A DNA stretch of 64,000 bases, from positions 1 through 64,000 of IMG/VR virus record IMGVR_UViG_3300049002_000006. The stretch is one strand, 5' to 3'. Origin of the DNA: a virus. This document shows, in pieces, positions 1 to 8,258 of the stretch; within the stretch, counting starts at the first letter, position 1; every line of letters starts with the position of its first letter. The position numbers and the translations under genes are program-made. The notes beneath the pieces are model-generated. The model was given only the letters and a program-made list of their open reading frames with translations. It made no database searches and was not told the DNA's origin.

Positions 1-795
1 GTCGTGTTCGGTCATGATGACTTCGCCGGTTTCTTTGTCTCGACGGACGTAGAACATCTTGCCCCCCGTGTCTTTATCGACGACCACGCCCATCGCCGGT
101 CGTAGTTCTTTCGGCGGTCTAGGCATGACCCGCCCGCCCCGCCCTGGGATCTTCTTCGTGAACGTCGGTCTCGGACTTAGGAAGCCGAACACGCCGAGGG
201 ACTTCGACGCGATCCTGGTCTCGAATTCGGCGTCGGCGTCTACGTCGTGGACGTATTCTCGGCTGTCGTATTGGACGTTGTCTGCCCTGGCCCGATACGA
301 GTAGGCGGTCGATACGCCCGTCTTGGTCAGGCCGTCGAAGAAGTGCATGAGGTCGTCAGTCAGTCGGCATTGGACGATCAGATAGCCGGGGCACGTCTGG
401 ACGTTCTGCCGCCGGAACGAGCCGTCTTTCTGGAGGACGTTGTCGGGCATCTTCGGCACGATGATTCGGTCGATCTTGAGCCCGGCGGCCTTTGCTTTCT
501 TCAGGATCTGTTGCCGGATGGCCGCGTTGTTTCGGGTGTCTACTGCGAGGACGTAGAACGGATTTGTTCGGAGCATGACGAGTGCGTCTTTCGCTTGATA
601 GAGGACTGTTCGTGCCCCCTTCGGGACAGGAAGTTTCGCCAACGCCTCTTCGAGGATCTTGCTGGCCGTCGCCGATGCTGGTTGTCTTGTGATGGTCTGA
701 ATCGCTGCCGGCTTCGTCGTGTTTTGGGTCTTCGTTTTCTTCGGCAGTGCCGACAGGAAGTCGCCGAGGATTTTGCTGGCCGTCGCGTTCATCAT
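1..795 (-). CDS. NusG/RfaH-like antitermination factor (NGN domain with insertions), runs off window start
   Basis: Own translation, open from ATG 795 to position 1. FYVLAV..IRQQILKKAKAAGLKIDRIIVP...TCPGYLIVQCRLTDDLMHFF...LGVFGFL resembles NGN motifs (WYV, VVP, FPGYVLV, GVxGF). SD GAGAGGGG upstream. Confidence 0.7.
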   Translation of the reverse strand, partial: MMNATASKILGDFLSALPKKTKTQNTTKPAAIQTITRQPASATASKILEEALAKLPVPKGARTVLYQAKDALVMLRTNPFYVLAVDTRNNAAIRQQILKKAKAAGLKIDRIIVPKMPDNVLQKDGSFRRQNVQTCPGYLIVQCRLTDDLMHFFDGLTKTGVSTAYSYRARADNVQYDSREYVHDVDADAEFETRIASKSLGVFGFLSPRPTFTKKIPGRGGRVMPRPPKELRPAMGVVVDKDTGGKMFYVRRDKETGEVIMTEHD

Positions 796-873
796 GTCAA
801 GGCCCCTCTCTCGTCGGGCGAGTCTCAATCGTTGCCGGCCCGCACGGGCGCAAAAGCTAACGATATAGTGATG

Positions 874-902
874 ATTAAATCACATTGCCCGGCCCGGGGC
901 AA
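874..902 (-). promoter_or_regulatory. sigma70-type early promoter TTGCCC-17-TTTAAT
   Basis: 17-nt spacing with TG extension, upstream of the NusG-like gene. Confidence 0.55.
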
Positions 903-975
903 GAGGCGGGCCGGGCAATTTTTAGCTATTGCAAGAGGCGGGCCGGGCAATTTTTAGCTATTGCAAGAGGCGGGC
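899..975. repeat. 32-bp tandem duplication (about 2.4 copies)
   Basis: GCAAGAGGCGGGCCGGGCAATTTTTAGCTATT at 899 and 931, partial at 963. Confidence 0.95.
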
Positions 976-1173
976 TTTCATGTCCTGTATCACTAGCTCC
1001 TCGAGCAGTTTGAACCTTTCTCTTACAACTTTTAGATACTCGTCGTCCGTTTCCATGATGCCGGTGTCTTCCCACTTACAGATGACCGTCTGGAGTTCCT
1101 CCGCTATGAGTCGGGCTAGTGCGACCATATCACCGGCTTCTGTCCTTGGCGGGTACGACGGGTCATGGTCCAT
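958..1173 (-). CDS. hypothetical early protein
   Basis: ORF in tightly packed leftward cluster. Confidence 0.5.
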   Translation of the reverse strand: MDHDPSYPPRTEAGDMVALARLIAEELQTVICKWEDTGIMETDDEYLKVVRERFKLLEELVIQDMKARLLQ

Positions 1174-1384
1174 GTTGCCTTTCGATTTCGTCTGCTTCCT
1201 GATAGGCTCGAACGATTTGCTCGTCGGTCCGCTTGTTGAGGCCCATCGCCACCCGAGTGAATGCCCACATCCGGATGGTTGTCGGCACTGCCTTGTCTCG
1301 ACCTAGCAGGACGAAAACGAACTCTTCGTCCTTTGCTTTGTTCCAACAGCTATTTAGGTCGTCGATGTTCTCTCGTTTAGTCAC
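1163..1384 (-). CDS. small conserved phage protein (SCxNKAxxxExVFVLLGRD type)
   Basis: Recognisable small phage protein motif; coupled to neighbours. Confidence 0.65.
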   Translation of the reverse strand: MTKRENIDDLNSCWNKAKDEEFVFVLLGRDKAVPTTIRMWAFTRVAMGLNKRTDEQIVRAYQEADEIERQHGP

Positions 1385-1602
1385 TTCTGCTCCTTGTGGA
1401 TTCGGGCGAGATGATTCATGACTTCGTGCAGGTCTTCCATTGTGTGGAAGTTGTCGGGCAGGAGGGCGATCTTGACGGCTTTCGTGAATGTGGTTTCCTT
1501 GCCCTTCACCTCCTTCGCCTCGTCGTAGAACTTCCTGGCCGTCCGTAGCACGGGATCTTCCTTCGGTTTGACACTACTGATCTTCTTACGGACTTTCATC
1601 AC
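1381..1602 (-). CDS. hypothetical protein
   Basis: ORF with SD, coupled stop/start. Confidence 0.6.
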   Translation of the reverse strand: MMKVRKKISSVKPKEDPVLRTARKFYDEAKEVKGKETTFTKAVKIALLPDNFHTMEDLHEVMNHLARIHKEQK

Positions 1603-1633
1603 TTCTTCCTTTTAGGTTGCGGGCGAGTGGTTT

Positions 1634-1939
1634 CTAGCCGATTTTTGCGGACATAAACATATGTCCGCAAAAACGACATATCGGTCCGGACAGGCCCTTT
1701 TCGTGAATCAAGACGTGCTTGTAGGTGGGCGAGTATTCGCACTCAGGTTCCACATAGTCCGCCCGAATCAGTTTATGGACTGTTACCTCGCAGTGTCCTT
1801 TCTTTTTTAGCACCTTACGATCGATCAGTTGGTAGCCTTCCTTCGCCTCGTCCTTCAGGAACCTGTCACAGAAGTCCTGATCACCGCTGCACTTACGGAC
1901 ATCGAACTTGTAGCCTTCTGGAGCGAATAGGTCAAGCAT
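1634..1939 (-). CDS. hypothetical protein with C-terminal CxxC
   Basis: ORF, SD AGGAG. Confidence 0.6.
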   Translation of the reverse strand: MLDLFAPEGYKFDVRKCSGDQDFCDRFLKDEAKEGYQLIDRKVLKKKGHCEVTVHKLIRADYVEPECEYSPTYKHVLIHEKGLSGPICRFCGHMFMSAKIG

Positions 1940-1952
1940 CGTGTTCTCCTGG

Positions 1953-2243
1953 TTAGGCGATCTTGGAACAAAACTCGTGGAGTTTGCCGGCCAGTCCGTC
2001 GGCGAAGCAGGCCAGTCGTGGGTCTTCGTTGATGATGGTTTGCACTTCCCAGGCTTGGGCCTCCGTGAGGTTAAAGGTCAGGTCACACTCGCCCGGCCAG
2101 GATTCGTTGAAGTCCAATCCGACTACGTTGTTGGTTACTTCGGCCTGTTCGAGGACGTCTCTCAGGTCGTCGCCGTGCCGGTATCGGTGGCCGACCCAGT
2201 CGATGGCGCTACGCTCGGGCTTCGTGAGGGTGATGGAGTGCAT
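1953..2243 (-). CDS. hypothetical protein
   Basis: ORF, TAATG coupling. Confidence 0.65.
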   Translation of the reverse strand: MHSITLTKPERSAIDWVGHRYRHGDDLRDVLEQAEVTNNVVGLDFNESWPGECDLTFNLTEAQAWEVQTIINEDPRLACFADGLAGKLHEFCSKIA

Positions 2244-2482
2244 TAGCGTCCTTTCTTGAGTTTCTTCAGGATCTTGTCCTGCTCTTTCTCAGGTAAGTTG
2301 CGAAAGGCTTTGACGGCTTCGGTGTCCTTGCCGTACATTTCCAGGTAGCAGTCGGCCGCCATGTCGATGCAGTCTTTATCGGTCAGCGGCGGCTCGCAGG
2401 TGTGGGCGTCCTGTGCCAGCACGTCAGCGGTTCGTTTTAGTGCCCTTTCGATTCTTACGGGCATTGCGATTTCGGGTGGCAT
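2243..2482 (-). CDS. hypothetical protein
   Basis: ORF in cluster. Confidence 0.6.
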   Translation of the reverse strand: MPPEIAMPVRIERALKRTADVLAQDAHTCEPPLTDKDCIDMAADCYLEMYGKDTEAVKAFRNLPEKEQDKILKKLKKGR

Positions 2483-2503
2483 CGTGTCTCTCAGGTAAGG
2501 GGA

Positions 2504-2818
2504 CTATTGAGGAATCGTGACTGTTAAGTATTTTCGGGCGAGATGACTCTTATAAGGGTATTTAGTGTATTTAATGCTCCTGGCAATGATCTCCGGGACG
2601 TTTTTTGTGATCGTAATGGCACAGCCCATGTCAGTGAGGAAATCGGACATGATGAGCAGTCTTTGCTCGTCTCGGTCGAACCATTTAATGACTAAGACGA
2701 GGCTTTTGTCTTTCTTGTACTGGACCCGATTGAACGTAGAATTATGGACGCCCCACTCGTTTTTTAGTAAGTGGATGACTCTTCGCTGGTTGGGGCTTCT
2801 TTTGTTCACGGCCGTCAC
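2504..2818 (-). CDS. hypothetical protein with IMSDFLTDxG motif (paralog of 7846-8232)
   Basis: Motif shared with two ORFs at 7.5-8.2 kb. Confidence 0.6.
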   Translation of the reverse strand: MTAVNKRSPNQRRVIHLLKNEWGVHNSTFNRVQYKKDKSLVLVIKWFDRDEQRLLIMSDFLTDMGCAITITKNVPEIIARSIKYTKYPYKSHLARKYLTVTIPQ

Positions 2819-3032
2819 TCGGAATAGGAACTATGGAGTAGGACCGGGCGAGGCGTTCGATCTGGTCTTCTTTGTGCCGGCATTCACCCCGGTAATGGAA
2901 GCCAGGACAGGAGCAGAAGACGTAGCCGGTCAGCTTGGACAGCGTTACCGTATGGACTTCACCGGGCTTGCTCTTGCTGTGGTATTTGGCGATGACTTTC
3001 ACGCCGAGCTTCGACGGCCTATCGGTCTGCAT
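2742..3032 (-). CDS. SWIM-type zinc-finger protein
   Basis: SKSKPGEVHTV...CSCPGFHYRGECRH (CxC..CxH). Confidence 0.7.
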   Translation of the reverse strand: MQTDRPSKLGVKVIAKYHSKSKPGEVHTVTLSKLTGYVFCSCPGFHYRGECRHKEDQIERLARSYSIVPIPSDGREQKKPQPAKSHPLTKKRVGRP

Positions 3033-3042
3033 AGCGCCCTCG

Positions 3043-3092
3043 CGTCTAGAATCGCGTTTAACGGCCGATCTATTGCCGGCTGTAGAAAATCA
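3043..3092. promoter_or_regulatory. conserved 50-bp intergenic element, copy 1
   Basis: 37/50 identical without gaps to 52591-52640; both precede leftward genes. Confidence 0.7.
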
Positions 3093-3181
3093 CGCCCCGG
3101 GCAAGATCGGCCCGCAAACGCCGTTTAATCGTGACTGGCGGGGCATTGTTCTCAGCCCCGCTAATTCAGGCCAGCTTTGTG

Positions 3182-3448
3182 CTACGCCCCGTGCTTCGGG
3201 ATAGGTAACCAGCCCTCTTTTTCGGTTTGGAGTTCGTGTCGCCGCTTGTTGCTCAGGTAGGCCGGTTTGCGAATACCGATGCACTTGTAGTGGACAGAAT
3301 CGTTTGTCGGCTGGTCGTAGATCACGCCGAAGGCCAGTTTGCAGGCTTCGCGAGGACCGGACGCCTTTTCACTGCGGAGGGCGATGATCTTGTCAGTCGG
3401 GACGTTGTTCTCGTCTCGGTCCAGGATTCGGATGTAGTAGTACGGCAC
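3182..3448 (-). CDS. hypothetical protein
   Basis: ORF in cluster. Confidence 0.6.
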   Translation of the reverse strand: MPYYYIRILDRDENNVPTDKIIALRSEKASGPREACKLAFGVIYDQPTNDSVHYKCIGIRKPAYLSNKRRHELQTEKEGWLPIPKHGA

Positions 3449-3451
3449 AGG

Positions 3452-3703
3452 TCATTCTTTCGTAAAGATGTCAGGGCGACAGTCTTCGGCGAATAGTTGA
3501 TCGAAGCAGGGCGAGCAGTAGCCGGAGATCAGGAGTTCTCGTTGTTCGGTTGTCAGATAGGGCATCGCCTTCTGGATGAGCATACCGTTTTGCCACTTGA
3601 CGTGGTCGATACTGCCCACTTTGAAAGGCGGTTGTTCTTCGCGGCACTTCGGGCAGCAGATGGTCAGAGTTAGTGGAACGCCGTTCATGGCTACTTGCCC
3701 CAC
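3452..3703 (-). CDS. zinc-ribbon protein
   Basis: CPKC...IQKAMPYLTxEQRELLISGYCSPC. Confidence 0.7.
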   Translation of the reverse strand: MGQVAMNGVPLTLTICCPKCREEQPPFKVGSIDHVKWQNGMLIQKAMPYLTTEQRELLISGYCSPCFDQLFAEDCRPDIFTKE

Positions 3704-4065
3704 ATTTCTAGGTCTCGGATTCGTTCGTCATGTTCGGCCCGGTCGAGTCGCGGCGTCTCTTCGAGGTCTCGTTCTTGGATGTCTTCCGGAGTATGGTCGG
3801 CGTAGTAGGCTTCGAGATCTTCGTCTGACATGCAGTCGAGGGTCTCTTTGTTCCGGATCGCCTCGTTGGCCCGGTCGTAGCTATTCGTGCCGTCATCGGT
3901 CGGACTGACATGGAGCCGGTCGATCAGCGCCTCGATAGCGGAAGCCTCGGGGTAGCCTTCGGCCGAGTGTAGATCGAAGACTTTGTGGAGTGCTTGAAGT
4001 ACGCTCTGTCGGTCTTCGTCAGTCAGAGTCGTGAGGAATAAATCGATTAATCGTTCGGCGGTCAT
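3691..4065 (-). CDS. acidic hypothetical early protein
   Basis: ATG 4065 with SD AAAGGGG, downstream of promoter. Confidence 0.65.
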   Translation of the reverse strand: MTAERLIDLFLTTLTDEDRQSVLQALHKVFDLHSAEGYPEASAIEALIDRLHVSPTDDGTNSYDRANEAIRNKETLDCMSDEDLEAYYADHTPEDIQERDLEETPRLDRAEHDERIRDLEMWGK

Positions 4066-4153
4066 CGTCAGGCCCCTTTCGAGTCTAGATCGGCCCCACG
4101 CCTCGCCAGAGAACAGCCCGGCAAGAGGCGTGAGAATTCGCCGATATCGAGAT

Positions 4154-4182
4154 ACTGTACTGTCGGCGGGCCGGCCTCGCAA
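4154..4182 (-). promoter_or_regulatory. early promoter TTGCGA-17-TACAGT
   Basis: Near-consensus hexamers, correct spacing. Confidence 0.55.
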
Positions 4183-4283
4183 CGTTATTCGCGCCTTTTT
4201 GTCGATGTTTTTTGGCCGCTTCCAGGAGCCCGTCCACTGATAATTACTGTTTCACTCGTTAGTATGATATGGCTTATACCTAC

Positions 4284-4311
4284 TTGACACGCCCACATCC
4301 TCTGTTATAAC
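4284..4311 (+). promoter_or_regulatory. promoter TTGACA-16-TATAAC for terminase genes
   Basis: Near-consensus sigma70, SD AGGAGG follows. Confidence 0.7.
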
Positions 4312-4340
4312 ATGCCCCCGCCCACTAAAAGGAGGAGGCA

Positions 4341-5138
4341 GTGTCGAAGACGAGAACCATAAAAGTCGCAGTCGTGTGGCAGGACGAGTTCTACCTGCGG
4401 GCCTATCAGTTAGCCCGCAGTGGGATGGGGAAAATGCAAATCGCCCGGGCGATCGGAGTCAGCTGGCCGACGTTCAAGAAGTGGCTGGACAGGAAGGAAG
4501 CTCTCAGGACCGCTATCAAGGACGGATCAGATCCCATCCACGAGGGCAAGCCGCAGCCCTTCCAAGACTACGTTTACGGCAACATGGACCCACACACGAA
4601 AGCAGTGTACGATAAGGTCCGGTCGTACATCGACCCGCAGACGGCTCCTAGGAATGCGGTAGTGATGCTGGAAGAGTTGATGCGGGACCAGGGCGACAAG
4701 ATGCGAAAGTCCTTATTTCTGCACTTCTACGCCAGTCACGGATTCAATCCGTCTGCCGCCTGCCACGCGGTTAATATCAAGAAGAAGACCCTAGAAAGGT
4801 GGTGCATCACCGATCAGGAGTTTTACGAGATGATGGAGGAGATGCGGTGGCATATGAAGAACTTCTGCCGGGGCCGGGCGATGGACTTGGTGGCCGCCGG
4901 GGACGCAAGTATGACCAAGTTCATGCTGAGTAATCTGGATGAGGACTTCAGGAAGACGCCGAGTACGACCAACATCAACATTCAAGGCCGGATCGAACAC
5001 GAGCATAACCTGGTGGATGTGGATAAGATTCCACTCAAGATCAGGATGCAGATGATGGACGCAATCGAGAACGAGCGAGACGGGGACGAAGACGAGATTC
5101 TGGACGCCGAATACGAGGTAAAGGCAGATGGAAATTAG
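4341..5138 (+). CDS. terS: terminase small subunit (HTH)
   Basis: N-terminal HTH (QIARAIGVSWPTFKKW), second HTH, GDASMTKFML, position before terL. Confidence 0.7.
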   Translation: MSKTRTIKVAVVWQDEFYLRAYQLARSGMGKMQIARAIGVSWPTFKKWLDRKEALRTAIKDGSDPIHEGKPQPFQDYVYGNMDPHTKAVYDKVRSYIDPQTAPRNAVVMLEELMRDQGDKMRKSLFLHFYASHGFNPSAACHAVNIKKKTLERWCITDQEFYEMMEEMRWHMKNFCRGRAMDLVAAGDASMTKFMLSNLDEDFRKTPSTTNINIQGRIEHEHNLVDVDKIPLKIRMQMMDAIENERDGDEDEILDAEYEVKADGN

Positions 5139-5168
5139 AGTGGTAGTAATCTACGAGGAGGGCGAGTC

Positions 5169-5459
5169 ATGAGTTTGGTGCGAATCGAAGCTGAATGGTT
5201 TAGAAAGGCGTTAGAGAAATCACAAGAACGGATGAAGGTACTTATAGCTCAGGAACTAAAGAAAGCAGGACTTAAGCTGATGGCTGAAGCAAAGGTGACG
5301 TACAACGAGGCTCAGCTACCTGGATCAGACTGGGTGGAGTTAGAAGGACAGTTGCCGATGACAGACGAAGGTAGAAAAATCTTGGAGGAGTGGTTAGACG
5401 AAACGTTGTCGAGCAGGAAGCAAGCCGACGAGCCGGTCATCGTGAAGGAGAAGGAATGA
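5169..5459 (+). CDS. hypothetical protein
   Basis: ORF between terS and terL, ATGA coupled. Confidence 0.55.
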   Translation: MSLVRIEAEWFRKALEKSQERMKVLIAQELKKAGLKLMAEAKVTYNEAQLPGSDWVELEGQLPMTDEGRKILEEWLDETLSSRKQADEPVIVKEKE

Positions 5460-6976
5460 ATAAGAAGATGGCCGTGGACCGGATTAAACTGATCCGTAGC
5501 ACCACGATGGAGAGCTACTCCCAATTCGTCAAATACTTCTGGCCGTGCGTCTCGGAGGAGAAACTGTGCTGGAACTGGCACATGGAGTATATGTGCAACG
5601 AGACGCAGAGAATCTACGAACGGGTGTTCAAAGGCTTGCCTAAGGAGTACGACGAGGTCACCAATATCAGTCCTGGGACTAGTAAGAGCACCGTAAAGAG
5701 TGTCATGCCCTGCGCGTGGGCATGGACTAGGATGCCCCACTTCAAGATGATCGGGGCATCCTACGCGGAAGAAGTAGCCATCGACCTGAGTATGAAGTGC
5801 CGAGGACTGGTCACACACGACCGCTTCCGAGAAATCTTTCCGGAAATCGTCTTACGAGACGATATGAACAGTAAAGGAAAGTTCGGTAATACGAAAGGTG
5901 GGTGGCGGCTGGCCGCAGGCGTCAAAGGCCGGATTATGGGTCATCATGCTCATGTGATAGTTGTGGACGACCCGCTTAGTCCAGAACAAGGTGAGTCTGA
6001 GTTAGACACGGCTACGGCCAATAGATGGATTAGTAAAACTCTTTCGACCAGAAAGATCGACAAGGCTGTCACACCAATGATCCTTGTGATGCAGAGGATT
6101 CACCATAACGACCCGACTGCTCTATTCCTCAAAAAGAAACGAGTCCGTCATACCTGCATCCCGGCCGAGATAATGGATGGCAAGATTATGGTTCATCCGG
6201 ACCACCTGCGAAAGCACTACGTAGATGGATTGATGGACCCGGTCCGGCTGAGTCGAGAAGTTTTGGATGATTACAAGGCCGAAGGAGACCGCTTCTATAG
6301 CACCCAATTCTTGCAAATGCCGGCCCCCGACGGCGGCGAGATGTTCAAGGTCGATCGGCTCATCAAGCTGACCGAGTACCCGAAGAAGTTCGACAAGCTC
6401 GTCAGGTTCTGGGACAAGGCCGGGACTAAAGGCGGCGGGGCGTACACGGTCGGAACACTCATGGGCATGGTCGAGGACAAACAAACCAGGAGTGCCCGAT
6501 ATTTTGTCCTCGACGTGGTCCGGCGGCAAGTCGATAGTTATTTCCGGGAGAAGTTGATTGAGGACACGGCCCACAGCGACGGCAGGAGTGTAATCGTCGG
6601 CGTCGAGCAGGAGCCGGGCTCAGGCGGGCTGGAGTCGGCACAGAATACGGTCGGCAGACTAGGTCCGCAACGGTTTGTGGTCAAAGTGAGTAAAGTGGAT
6701 GTGTCAACAGGCGGGAAGATCCAACGAGCCGACCCGTTCAGTTCTCAGGTAAACGGTGGGACAGTATACTACCTGCCCGATAAACCCTGGAACGATGCGT
6801 GGCTGGAAGAACTAGAGCATTTTCCGCACAGTCGTACCAAGGACCAGGTAGATAGTGCGTCCGGGGCTTTCGCCCTGTTGGCCAAGAAGAGGCGGCAGGT
6901 CGGCGGTGTCAGGATGAACAGGTCAAGGGTGTCGAGTTTCGCGGCCCGGGTAGTGCCTCAGTACGCCCCCGCGTAA
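5456..6976 (+). CDS. terL: terminase large subunit
   Basis: WNWH, Walker A-like SPGTSKS, Walker B VIVVDDP, MQR, nuclease RFWDKA...EQEPGSGG...DQVD. Confidence 0.95.
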   Translation: MNKKMAVDRIKLIRSTTMESYSQFVKYFWPCVSEEKLCWNWHMEYMCNETQRIYERVFKGLPKEYDEVTNISPGTSKSTVKSVMPCAWAWTRMPHFKMIGASYAEEVAIDLSMKCRGLVTHDRFREIFPEIVLRDDMNSKGKFGNTKGGWRLAAGVKGRIMGHHAHVIVVDDPLSPEQGESELDTATANRWISKTLSTRKIDKAVTPMILVMQRIHHNDPTALFLKKKRVRHTCIPAEIMDGKIMVHPDHLRKHYVDGLMDPVRLSREVLDDYKAEGDRFYSTQFLQMPAPDGGEMFKVDRLIKLTEYPKKFDKLVRFWDKAGTKGGGAYTVGTLMGMVEDKQTRSARYFVLDVVRRQVDSYFREKLIEDTAHSDGRSVIVGVEQEPGSGGLESAQNTVGRLGPQRFVVKVSKVDVSTGGKIQRADPFSSQVNGGTVYYLPDKPWNDAWLEELEHFPHSRTKDQVDSASGAFALLAKKRRQVGGVRMNRSRVSSFAARVVPQYAPA

Positions 6977-6990
6977 TTCGCCTTTTTCTC

Positions 6991-7019
6991 TTGCATGCCC
7001 CATATCATGCCGATAAGCT
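6991..7019 (+). promoter_or_regulatory. early promoter TTGCAT-17-TAAGCT
   Basis: Spacing and position before 7093 gene, in GGW-free window. Confidence 0.55.
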
Positions 7020-7092
7020 ATCTCTATGTCGTTGTCGGCCGACTGCCTCATCACTTCGGGGCGGGCCGACAACGAAAAAGAAGGGGCCGAAC

Positions 7093-7299
7093 ATGCAAGC
7101 GCAAGCGCCGAAGTGTCAGAAGTGCGGGGCGAATCTGATATATGTGACCGACTTCGCGGCCCCAGGCTGTGGTCAAGCCTGGCGGTGCTCCGATCAGTCG
7201 TGTGCCCGGCCGCACGTCAAGATCGGCTCGACTGTCATCGACCTGTCCGAGCATGAAGATCCGACCGAATACGAGTACGACATGGCCGACGTGATGTGA
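7093..7299 (+). CDS. small zinc-ribbon protein with own promoter and terminator
   Basis: CQKC...CSDQSC; SD AAGGGG. Confidence 0.65.
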   Translation: MQAQAPKCQKCGANLIYVTDFAAPGCGQAWRCSDQSCARPHVKIGSTVIDLSEHEDPTEYEYDMADVM

Positions 7300-7307
7300 T
7301 CCTCATT

Positions 7308-7333
7308 GCCCCGTCCGAAAGGCGGGGCTTTTT
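7308..7333 (+). terminator. intrinsic terminator
   Basis: GCCCCGTCC GAAA GGCGGGGC TTTTT. Confidence 0.8.
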
Positions 7334-7531
7334 AACCTACTCTCATAATGGTTTAGACCATGAGTCAAAGGAAACTGGAAAAGCGCAGGGCGAAAGAAAT
7401 AGAGAAACAAAGACAGGACACGCTCGCGTACCGGCGGGCCAAGCTGCAAAAGTGTTCTACAGCCCTACGGCTGGAGGATATCGCCGGAGAGCGAGTTTAC
7501 GAACGAGGAAACACAGGTCACGACTATCCGC

Positions 7532-7834
7532 GTGCATCAGGATTGGGCGAATAAAGGACTAGCGATCTATCAACAACGTGGACTAGAACTAGGTTTGTTG
7601 AAATGGACTAAAACAACGAATATCTCGACCAGGAAAATGGAAAAGATATTAATAATGGGGGGAGATGGATTGGATATAACTGTTCTCGAAAAGTTAGGGG
7701 AGTTGGCAAACAGTATAAGGAAGGAAGTATTTATGCCCCACGAAATGGTCTATGACTTGTTGACGGACAACGGTTTCGAGGCTGGTGTATCCAGACAGTA
7801 TAAGGAAGTGGTTATATTCGATGTGGTCTTATAG
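7532..7834 (+). CDS. hypothetical protein (DLLTDNGF motif)
   Basis: Motif shared with downstream ORF. Confidence 0.55.
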   Translation: MHQDWANKGLAIYQQRGLELGLLKWTKTTNISTRKMEKILIMGGDGLDITVLEKLGELANSIRKEVFMPHEMVYDLLTDNGFEAGVSRQYKEVVIFDVVL

Positions 7835-7845
7835 GAGCCGGAATA

Positions 7846-8232
7846 ATGAAACTAACTAAAGACCAGTTGAAAATATTCCGATTAAACAAGGCTAGACTGA
7901 AAGGTCTCGTCGCTCAGTATGGTTGGGTAATCAGGCAAGGGGCCGTAGGAATTAAGAAAAACGGAACACGAACCGTCATTATCGAGGTGGACTGGGAAAA
8001 CATCGCCCAAGAACTGTATGAAAACGAAATAGATAGATATAGTGATTACTTCAGTAATAGTCATGTTCTGGTCAGTCAAGCGCGGCAAAAGACAATGAAC
8101 GAATTGTACATGAGGTCACCGATCATGTCGGACTTTTTAACGGATAACGGATTTGAACACCAAGTACAAAAGAAGTCCGAATATATAGATGATAACCATC
8201 AACCAATATCCGTGGAAGTACCGCACGAATAG
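7846..8232 (+). CDS. hypothetical protein (IMSDFLTDNGF motif)
   Basis: SD AGGAG; paralog motif. Confidence 0.65.
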   Translation: MKLTKDQLKIFRLNKARLKGLVAQYGWVIRQGAVGIKKNGTRTVIIEVDWENIAQELYENEIDRYSDYFSNSHVLVSQARQKTMNELYMRSPIMSDFLTDNGFEHQVQKKSEYIDDNHQPISVEVPHE

Positions 8233-8258
8233 GACTCAAGGACTTAGGAAGAAACCAA

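Noticed and set aside
861-883. CRP site
   Set aside because: GTGA-N8-TCAC spacing differs from CRP N6
247-957. 236-aa + strand ORF
   Set aside because: Antisense shadow of the NusG-like gene; no SD or recognisable motif
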